64,000 bases of DNA, from NCBI RefSeq assembly GCF_006345805.1, contig NC_043009.1, forward strand, positions 61,628,001 through 61,692,000, read 5' to 3'. The notes under the pieces are model-generated. The model had not been told where the DNA came from, ran no database searches, and saw nothing but the letters and a program-made list of their open reading frames with translations. This stretch comes from Octopus sinensis (taxonomy: Eukaryota). Shown in pieces: positions 28,401 through 39,900 of this stretch; positions within the stretch are counted from its first letter, which is position 1; the number at the start of each line of letters is the position of its first letter. The translations under genes were made by a program, and so were the position numbers.

Positions 28401-29861
28401 AGCATGCTGGTTATTTGCCAATTCCAAGTGTAATGAGATGGTCATTGATTCCTTTCAGCTGTGAGCTAAACTGTCAGCTGCAGAAACTCTGCCAGATCAA
28501 GATTGGAGCCTGGTGCAGCCATCTGGTTCACCAGCCCTCAGTCAAAATCGTCCAACCCATGCTAGCATGGAAAGCGGATGTTAAATGAGGATGATGATGA
28601 TTACCCTGCCAAATGTCATGCTTATTTATTTACATTGTTTTGAATTAATTATGCATTATCTTCTATCTTTGAGGTTTTGATTAGGTGTTTGTATATTTTT
28701 AGAAAAGCATTGTAGGATAGGTGTAAGAGGCCAGATCTGGACAGTTTGAACATAAAACTGGGAAAATATTTGGGTCACATACGGCCATTTTGAATGCTAG
28801 AAGTCAACATATTACTGTATGTGAATACTTGAAATCATGTTTTTTTTAAAAATTATTCCACTGAATAAAGGTGGTGCTCCAGCATGACCATAGTAAAAGA
28901 GAGAGAGTGAACACAGCACTATACATTTTACTCCATTGTACACCACTCTACCCACTGATATACTCTTTTATACACACACCATACCCCACTTAACACACCA
29001 CTTATATCTCACTGTATTCACCTCTGTATCCCACTGTATGTGTCATTGTACAACACCACTATAAACACACTGTTCTCCACTAGAGCCTTGTGTACATGTT
29101 ACTATACCCTACTCTACACACCACTGCAATCCGTTGTCTATGTTTTACTATATTTTATAATCCTAATACAGCCATATTTTTACTCATGTGACCTATTGCC
29201 GTTTAATGCCTTGTCTATCTGTTTTTAGGCCAAACTTTCCCCAAAAAAGGACAAAAAGCTACCGTCCATTATGTAGGTGAGTTTATCATTTTATATTGAC
29301 TCTGAATCTTAGTTCATCGTTTAAGAACCTCCAGGTGGGATGCTGGTTATTTGGTGTCCCATCAGAATATATTTTGAAGATGACATTCATTTCATGTCCT
29401 CATTTGAAATTAGTTCCAAATCTATTTTGCAGGATCCAGCAAACTGTTTTTTTTCTTCTTTTCATCCAATCAGACAATTCTGTTAACAAAATGAATGTTA
29501 AATGATGCTAAGTTGCTTTTTTGTTTGTCTTCTGTTTCAATAACCTGTTTTTTATGAGAACATTGTTTTTCTTTGTCAAATTACTCTGAATAATAGACAT
29601 AGCTACTCATTAGGCAGTCTTCACAGTTTATAACTGGGTGCAGACATGGTTGTTGTTAAGAAGCTGGTTTCTAAACCATATGATCTCAGGTTCAGCCCTA
29701 CTGCACAGCACTTTGAGCAAGTGTCTTCTACCACAGTCCTGGGCTGACCAAAACCTTGTGAGTGATTTGGAAATTGAAAAAAATCCATTGTCTGTATATA
29801 TATGTATGTGTGTATATATATATATATGCATGTGTGTGTATATGTAAATATATATATATGC

Positions 29862-29911
<50 letters not shown>

Positions 29912-32900
29912 ATGTGCATAGGAGTGGGTGTGGTAAGAAGCTTGCTTCCCAACCACATGGTTCTGGGTTCAGTCCTACTGTGAGACATCTTGGGCAAGTG
30001 TTTTCTACTATAACTTCAGGCCAACCAAAGCCTTGTGAGTGGATTTGGTAGATGGAAACTGAAGGAACCCTGTCACATATATCTATGTATGTGCATCTGT
30101 GTTTGACCCCCACTCCATTGCTTGACAACCGGGGTTGGTGTGTTTATGTCCCTGTAACTTAGCAGTTCAGCAAAAAAGATTGATAGGATAAGTACCAGGC
30201 TTTAAAAAAAAAGTACTGGGGTTGATACATTCAGTTATAAATTCTTCAGGGTGGTGCTCCAGCATGGCCGCAGTCTAATGACTGAAACAAATAAATGATA
30301 AAAAGATATATATCACCATCATTATCATTTAACGTCCGTTTTCTGTGCTGGCATGGGTTGGACGGTTTGACTGACAAGCCAGTAGGCTGCACCAGGCTCC
30401 AATCTGATCTGGCAAGGTTTCTACAGCTGGATGCCCTTCCTAATGCTAACCACTCCGAGAGAGTAGTGGGTGCTTTTTAGGGGCCGCTAGCACAGGAGCC
30501 AGTCAGGTGGGCATGGCATTTATCACGTTCAGATGGTGCTTTTTACATGCCACTAGCACGGGACCCAGTCAGGGGGCACTGGCCATATATATATGTATAT
30601 GTGTGTGTATATACACACATATACATACAGTATATATATGTATATGTGTATGTATGTATTCCTGATATCATGTGATGGTTGTAAATGAACATCATTGTCA
30701 TATTAACAGTATTGTTTGTTTCCAGTCTTTCAAAGAAAATGTCTTGCCATGGGCCATGTTACCTTGTTTGGAATCAGGTTGAGGGCTGGCAACAGAAAGG
30801 GCGTAAAACAGTAGAAAATCTGCCTTAGTTAATTCGTCTGACCCATGCAAGCATGGAAAGTAAGCTTATTATGATGATGATGATGATGATGTGCTCAGCT
30901 GGTTCATATAATGAATCAATGATCCACTTTTATTTTGCCTTCATATAATTGGTGATGTATTAATGAAGAGATAAGACAGTTGAATGGATAATGTATTTGA
31001 CTGCTGTCTCATAGATCATCAGTTCAAATCCTGAGCAGGATCTCATTCCCTTCACAACATAAAATTACAAATAAGCACTGGTTCTGAAAAGCCACTCACC
31101 ACTAAGAAAATATGCTGTGAAGTTTAATGGTCATCATCTCATTGTCTGGTTGAGCTTGCTCAGACATACCCTTTTCTGGATGTCTTTCGATTGCTAATTT
31201 CTAGTTTGTGGTTGCAGGTCCTAAAGACGATCACAGTGCCAGTCAAACTGATGGGTTTCCCAGACCAAGGTTCATGAAAGCATAATTTCTTCTGCAAAGT
31301 GGGAAGAAATTCAAAGATAAATTATCTTTTTTTTTTGTATACTTTGTATTTCATTCCCTACTATGATCCTCCTTTCCGATGGCAGTGGAATTTCTACTCT
31401 TTCCAGGGCTTCAGGATTTCATTGTGACCCTGGCTGGGTGGCTAATGGATGTTATGCTTTGCCAAAGGTCAACTAGTGATTTTGTCTGGGACTGCTTATT
31501 GAGTATTTGGAGCTAACCTGTATATCTACCAGCCATTTTCCTATCTGTGAAGGCACATGGCTCAGTGATTAGAGCACCAGGCTCATAATCATGAGGTAGT
31601 GAATTCAATTCCTGGACCGGGCTGTGTGTTGTGTTTTTTTGATCAAGACACTTTATTTCACGTTTCTCCAGTTCACTCAGCTGTAGAAATGAGTTGCAAC
31701 GTCACAGGTGCCAAACTGTATCGACCCCTTTGCCTTTCCCTTGGATAACAATGTTGGCGGGGAGAGAAGCGGCTGGTATGCATGGGCAACTGTTGGTCTT
31801 CCACAAACAACTTTGCCTGGACTTGTGTCTCAGAGGGGGACTTTCTAGTTGCAATTCCATGGTCATTCATGACCAAAGGGCTTCTTACTCTTTTTACTCT
31901 CTCCTATCCACAAACTGGGGCTCTGATGGATGGGAATCATCACCACTCCATTTGTAGTTCATGTACAACCAAAGGATTGTCAAATCAAAATTTATTGGGG
32001 TTAGTTTACTGATTACCATATGGTTGTCTTGTCAGTTCTGACCTTACTGCAGTTAAGGTCCTGGACTGCTGACAACATGGGCATTAGTTCGAACCTTATT
32101 GTTGTTAGGTTACTGATCACATGTGTATCAATTCTGGGGTACTGAATTGCTTGCCTCATGGACATCAATTCTAAGGTACTGAACTATTGTCCATATGGTC
32201 ATCACTCCAAACTTTACTGTAGTTAGGATACTGACCACATGGGTGTCAATTCTGTGATACTGGGCTTCTGATCACATAGCCATCAGTTCAAATCTTATCA
32301 TAGGTTGGTCATTGAAAACATGAGCATTGGTTCAAATCTTGTAGTTAGGTTCTTGATCACTTGATCATTGGTTCTAATTTTATTGCAATGTACAAATTGA
32401 CCATGTGGGAATCAGTACTCATATTTCTGTAGTTAAGAAACTGTACTATTGACTATATATGGTCACGAGTTTGAATTTTACTACCCACATCATCATCATC
32501 ATTTGATCTTTAGTCCTAATTTTACTGCTAGAACCACAATGATGATGCATTCCAGAGCAAAGTACCGTTCTTCCAGTCTGCCTGACAGACATGAAACAGT
32601 TTCCACCACTCTGTAGTTAGAAGTAGGAAAAGATTAGCCATCTACCTGCAAAATAAAAACCATCCCACCCCTGCAAAACTTGGAAGGCATAAACCAGAAG
32701 TGACAGGTAACATAAACTACCCTATGTTATGTTGGTATGTGTGAAAATGGTTATTTAACAAGAACACCTATTCCTTTATTGGTTTCATTCATTGGGTGAC
32801 ATCTGTGCTGAGACTCTGCTGTCACTGGTTTTGGTATAATCACTTCATTCTCGGGATACGTTTTAGTTTAGTGTTCATTTTATTGTATAACTAAATTTTT

Positions 32901-33900
32901 TATTTTTGACATAAAGGAATGCAACTTGACAGCAGTTTATGCTGGTGAGCATAAACAGAGAGAGAGAGAGACACCCATGCACACATACTCAGGATTGTGT
33001 GTATGCATGTGCATACATATATATATATATACATATACACATATGGTGGTTGTCTACTCCTTATGCGGAGGTGTGATCACCTCCTGTACCAACACCATAG
33101 CACCATCATGGCATCTGATGTGTCTTTTTAAACCAGACAATGTTCTGAAACGACACCTACATAGTTTGCATATCTGATTTGGACCAGCAAGAGCAGCAGA
33201 CAGGTTCTGGTCTTTGTGGATCTTAAAATGTCTTTTGAGGCCTCAGTTAGATTTTGCAAACCTTTGGCATGCATTGCACAGGCATACAGGCAGAATAGTT
33301 GGTGGATGTTCATTTCCCATGGATTTCAAAGATGTGTCTGAAATAAAGGAATAAGAGTTCTCTTGCTTGAAAAACAAGGAAGGATTAGCAACAGGAAGAG
33401 CATTCCTCTGTTAAAACAGGGCCTCATAATATGTATTCATCACCCCATGGTAGCATAGAAAATAGATGGTTCCACTCTCAAAGCATTGGTCAGTCAAATA
33501 CTTTTTTCCAGATTTCTTACATAGACAGGAAGTGTACGTGGGATTGTGTAATTTGATACTTCTTCTTAAGAGTATCAGGTAAGTGAACTGGTTTAAATTA
33601 GGAGTGAAAAACTGATTAACTGAATGTTTAAAATGATGGTAGGATGTTATTGCAACTACAACAATTTTAACTATTGAACTATTCTTTTCCTCTCAGCAAC
33701 TCTTACAGATGGAACTAAATTTGATTCTTCCCGAGACCGCGACAAACCATTTACATTTAAAGTTGGAGGTGGTTTTGTAATCAAAGGTAAGTAATACTTA
33801 ACCATGTCATTAGAGCATCACACATGTTAGTTAGTGAAAAGTCAAATGATTTTTTTTTAAAAGACATCAGTGAAATTACTGAAACTCTTTTATAATGTTT

Positions 33901-33955
<55 letters not shown>

Positions 33956-36900
33956 GGTGGCTCAATGCTTGGCAGCATTTTGTCTATTTTTACATTCTGA
34001 GTTCAGATTCTGCTAAGATTGACTTTGCCCTTCACCTTTTTGGAGTTGATAAAATATGTACCAGTTGAACTCTGGGGTAGATGTAATTGACTTATCCACT
34101 CCACTAAAATTGCTGGCCTTGTACCAAAATTTGAAACCAGGCCTCATGGAGGGAATGACCAAGGGCTTTGGCATTATGTCGTGCTTGAGAAGAAGACCCC
34201 TCAAGCAAAGTGAAATCATAGTCATGGCAGATACTGGTGTCATGTAAATAGGCACCCATGTCGGTGGCACGTAAAAGCACCCATTATCCTCTCAGAGTGG
34301 TTGGCATTAGGAAGAGCATCCAGCCATAGAAAACGATGCCAAATCAGACTGGAGCCTGGCGCAACCTTCCAGCATGCCAGTCCAGTCAAACCATCCAATC
34401 CATGCCAGCTTGGGCAATGTTCATTAAGTGATGATGATGATGAAGGTGGCAAGCCGACAGAATTGTTAGTACACCAGTTAAGGCGGCGAACTGGCAGAAA
34501 TGTTAGCATGTTGGGCGAAGTACTTAGCGGTATTTCATCTGCCGTTACGTTCTGAGTTCAAATTCTGCCGAGGTTGACTTTGCCTTTTATACTTTCGGGG
34601 TCGATTAAATAAGTACCAGTTACGCACTGGGTTCGATGTAATCGACTTAATCCCTTTGTCTGTCCTTGTTTGTCCCCTCTATATTTAGCCCCTTGTGGGC
34701 AATAAAGAAATAAGAATTGTTAGTACCACAGGTAAAATGCTTAGTGGTGTTTCAACCATCTTTGTGTTTTGAGTTCAAATTCTGCTGAGGTCACCTTTAC
34801 CTTTCATTCTTTTGGTGTCGATAAAATAAGTACCAGTTGAGTATTGGGGTTGATGTAAGTAATTGACTTACCCATCTTCTGAAATTGCTGTCCTTTTGCC
34901 AAAATCTGAACTCATTATTATTTTTGTTGTTATTAACGAAGTGTAATTTACTGTAAAATTTCAAAACAAGCTGTAGTGACAAAATCCGTTTCTCTTAGTG
35001 GTCCTTAAGTATTGGAACTCTGTGTGCTCTATCTTTGTCTCAGGTTAGATTCTAACACGCCAACCACCCAGTGTCTTTTTGGTTTTAATTCTCCCTGGTG
35101 ACATTATCTTTGCTCTCAGCTTTTGCCTTCCTCTCACAAACACCTGCCATAGCCATGATGGAGCATTTTCTGCTTACCTCATTACTGTGATTCCAGCTGG
35201 ATAGGATATAGTGCATGTAGCCACAAACCCATGATATCCTATCTCTACTTGGGGAACCATACCATACACTGCCATTTTTGTACACCACATGATTCTCTAA
35301 GTCCTTGTCTTTCTTATTTAAGGGCCTTTCTTTCACGATCTCATTCCCTATTACCATTTTAATGCACAGTCTGTTTGACAATAACGTTTTTATGGCAAAT
35401 CAGACCAAGCCATGGGATCAGGGCACTGTGTTCTATTGTAATATGGTTTGGGAATACGAGTGATTTTTTTCAAATCTCCCTTTATCTTCCAGTCATTAGC
35501 ATCTTACAGAAGTCTGGATGTTGGATTTCTTTTGTTAACTTTCCTGCTTTGTTCCTTCTTTTTATGGAAAGCAACTTTGTATTGATTCTAATTGCATTAA
35601 TGTTGCTGCAACGTTGTTTTTGTGGATCAAGAACTTGTTCATGCTCCCAAGAATACTCTACAAGGGATGATGACTCAGATCTGTCCAGGATATGTTCCAA
35701 GGGCACATATCGTCTGCACCAATGGCAGACGATATCCATATCACTGTAAACCCAAATGCTTTCAGGAGTCAACCTGGCTGATCCCACTTTTTATAAGGTG
35801 TTCAATGATAGTTTCTTTTGTTACAGTTGTCTCCCTTGCTGCCTAGGAACATTGAATTTTCCAATCCTTGGTTGACTGTTCCACTTCTTCAACATATTGT
35901 ATTTCTTTGCTCACCATCTTCTTCTTCTTAGGCCTCTTGATTCTTTGGGGAACACAGGGCTGCAACGACATATTTCTAATGGACACAGTTCTGGGGGATC
36001 CTCTTCAGTTCGGCCCACATCATTCGGCCCTCACCTCTGCGTCAACCCTCCTGCGCCAAGGCTGAAGTGTCTTATTCAAGGCAGTCTTCAACCTCTCAAG
36101 GATAATTTTCGTCAATACTTTCCCTGGGATGGTTAGCAGCATGACTCCCCTCCAGTTATTGCAGAATGATAGGTCCCCTTTCATGGGCAGCTTTACCAGG
36201 TGTCCTTTCTTCCAGTCTTCTGGCACTCTCTCTCCTGTTCCCAGACCTTCTTCAGGTGAGGGTACAACATCTCAGTTGAAGTCTGAACGTCTGCTTTCAA
36301 TGCTTCAGGTGGTATCGCATCGGGGCCTGCTGCCTTTCCTCACTTAAGGGACTTGATGGCTTTGGTGATCTCAGTTTTGGTTGGTGGATTGGTGTTGATG
36401 TCCTAGGAGCTCGGTCGGTTGTGGGATGTCTGGCGGGGGGGGGGGGCTGATGGTACAGGTCTGTTTAGTGTTTCCTTAAAGTGATGCTCTCCGTTCTTCT
36501 TCGCCTGGGATAATGTTTCCATTCTTGTCTTTGACTGGATGGCTGGCTTTTCCAGAGAGTCTGTTCTGGTGATCTCATGCAGTCTCTTTATGTTTCTTTG
36601 GATTGCCGCAGTCTCTGCCTCCTCCGTCAGCTCCTCAATGACATTTCTCTTGTCCTTCCTTGCATTTGTCTTCACATTCTGATTGTTGAATATCGTTAAT
36701 CAAATTCTTTTAATACTGAGTGCTTTATTGATATCTGCTAGGATTTTTTATTCCGTTTTGTTTTATATGCACGCACACACACACACACACCATTATCTAC
36801 TTCCCATGCTGCCATGAATGAATTGGACAGGATGCCACAATCAGGGCCAACACATATCCAGAATTACTGTTCACTTCAACAAATTGAAGGACCACATCTT

Positions 36901-39900
36901 GATCATGTTTCAATTTATTTATTTATTAATTAATTTTTTTTTCATTTTGTATGGCTGGATGCTCTTTCTAACACCATCCACTTTAAACTATGGGTGAGCT
37001 GATCACATCCCTGACAGACATGACTACAGGGACCTCAGGACCTTTTCATCTCTGCTTGCTCACCAGCCTCTTTACAGGGTGGGAAGCAAGAATGTGTATG
37101 TGTGTGTGAGTGAGTAGTTATATATATTTCTTTATTACCTACAAGGGGCTAAACATAGAGGGGACAAACAAGGACAGACAAAGGGATTAAGTCGATTACA
37201 TCGACCCCAGTGCGAAACTGGTACTTTATTTATCAACCCTGAAAGGCAAAGTTCACCTCGGCGGAATTTGAACTCAGAATGTAATGACAGATGAATTACC
37301 GCTAAGCATTTTGCCCGGCGCGCTAACGTTTCTGCCAGCTCACCACCTTGTGAGTAAGTAGTTATATATATATATATATATATATATATACGAGTATAGT
37401 ATATCTTGTGTGTACAAATAGATGTACAACTACTGCTTTTAAGCTTACAGCTTCTTGTAGATTATCAACAAAATACTTAAAGAAAGCATCACCATCTATC
37501 CAACTCTGGACGTTAGTTCTCTGTATCATAATGCAATTAAGTAGTGTTCCTTGATCATTTGATGTGGTTAAACATTTAATTACACTTGGAACATCCAATG
37601 CAGAGTTCCACACAACCACAATCAGGAAATGTATGTAGGAACTAATGATGTAAACTTGTGTTTTATATTTCTCCTATATATATAAACTGTTGTGTCTGGG
37701 GAGAGTCATTTTCTTTTTGTGCCTTATTATTTAACACACTCACTGTTAAAATTTCCACTTTTTTTCTTATTTTTATTTTCCTAAAATTTTCGTTGCGTCT
37801 TGCAACCTTTTCAAAAGTTGAAATTTTACCGGTGAGTGTGTTACATAATAAGGCACAAAAAGAAAATGACTCTCCCCAGACACAACAGAATATGCTTCAA
37901 CACACGAACTCATATAAAGAATCTTGCAAACCAAATCCAAAAACGAAATATATATATATAGGCACAGGAGTGGCTGTGTGGTAAATAGCTTGCTTACCAA
38001 CTACATGGTCCTGAGTTCAGTCCCATTGCATGGCACCTTGGGCAAGTGTCTTCTATTATATTCTTGGGCTGACCAAAGCCTTGTGAGTGTATTTGGTTGA
38101 TGGAAACTGAAAGAAGCCTGCCACACCCACACGCGTGTGTGTATATTTGTGTGTCTGTGTTTGTCCCCCCTAGCATTGTTTGACAACCGATGCTGATGTG
38201 TTTACGTCCCTGTAACTTAACAGTTTGGCAAAAGAGACTGACAGAATAAGTACTAGGCTTACAAAGAATAGGTCCTGGGGTCAATTAACTCTACTAAAGG
38301 TGGTGCTCCAGTATGGCTGCAGTCAAATAACAGAAACAAGTAAAAGAAAATAAGTATACATACACACGTTTATATATATATACACACACACACACACATA
38401 AAATGACTGTTATATTGTCGAAATGTTTCATGAGGCTATGTAATTTTTTTTCTTTCCTCTTCAGGCTGGGATGAAGGTATTACCCAGGTAACTGTTTTCT
38501 TTTTTTCACTTCCCAATATTTCTTTATTTATTCATGTTTTAAGTATTCTTTATAAGAAGTGTGATAGAAACTCCTTAATTGTTAAGTAAGTGTTAAGATT
38601 GATTAAATTTAGTGCAGCCTCGCCTGGCACCAGTGCAGGTGGCACGTAAAAAGCACCCACTACACTCACGGAGTGGTTGGCGTTAGGAAGGGCATCCAGC
38701 TGTAGAAACATTGCCAGATAAGACCGGAGCCTGGTGCAGCCTTCTGGCTTCCCAGATCCCTGGTCGAACCGTCCAACCCATGCTAGCATGGAGAACGGAC
38801 GTTAAACGATGATGATGATGTTGTTGTTTAAACTCGGGTCAGTCTTGACCGGACAGGTATGAAGAACAGAGGTATTCTGGCCGTAACTATAATATTCAGC
38901 CATATTAGGATTAGAGTATCCTTTTTTTTTAACATGATGATGTAAAAGAAATTTGGGTACTATTTTTAGCAGATCTTGGAAGTAAAGATTCTTTATTAGC
39001 TTGAAATGACTACAGATTCTCATCATCATTATTTATTGTCCGTTTTTCCATGCTGGCATGGGTTGGACGGTTTGACTGGAGCTGGTAAGGATGGGAGCTG
39101 CACCATGTTGCAGTGATCTGTTTTGGCATGGTTTCTACAGAGTGTAGTTGGTGCTTTCCATGTGGCACCCACACAGGGTCATCAGGCAAATTGCAACACA
39201 AAACTCCTCGGCTGAGAGAGGAGGTAGTATTGAGTGGGGTAGCTTTGTGCCAGTTTAGAAATTAAAGGTAGAGAATGACGAGGATAGACATCTTTTTGTA
39301 GAGTGGATGGATGTCTTGCAAACGATTTTCACATGCAAGTGCTACCAGTCAAAAACTCTGCATACCAGAAGCCAGCAAGTGTATGGGGTCATCAGGAGAG
39401 AATGCGCGCTGTTTTGGGGCCTACCTCTCGACGGCATCAATGCGCACCGGCCCCCCTCACTGATATAAGGCCCCGCTTGCTAGATCAGCTGGTTATCAAA
39501 TAAAGCTCAATATTCTTCTAGTATAGCTCATCGTCTCTTTTTAACCAAATCCAGTGGCTGGCCTTCTCCATTGTAGATTGGATATCGGTCATGGTGGTAT
39601 TGACTTTACGATGAGTTAGGCCTAGTGATAACAACAGTCGTCTCACACTGTGTCCAACGAACCCTCTACATCTGACTTCGATTGGAAAATGTTCTGCTTT
39701 CCAACTTGTGTCTTCACATTCCTCGAGGAGGTTTACATAACAGTCAATCTTTCGAGCCCGAGCGGCGTCCATATTATCTTCATGAGGAACTGTTAACTCG
39801 ACTAGATTTACAACTTTCCAGTTGAAAGAGAAAGGAAAGAAAATCAAGGGCAGGAATTGGAGAGACACTGTATAAGTACTTGAATGTACTGACAGGTAAT

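Noticed and set aside
35085-35860. ORF cluster possibly from an LTR/other retroelement
   Set aside because: Looks like decayed coding sequence, but I could not identify a diagnostic motif.
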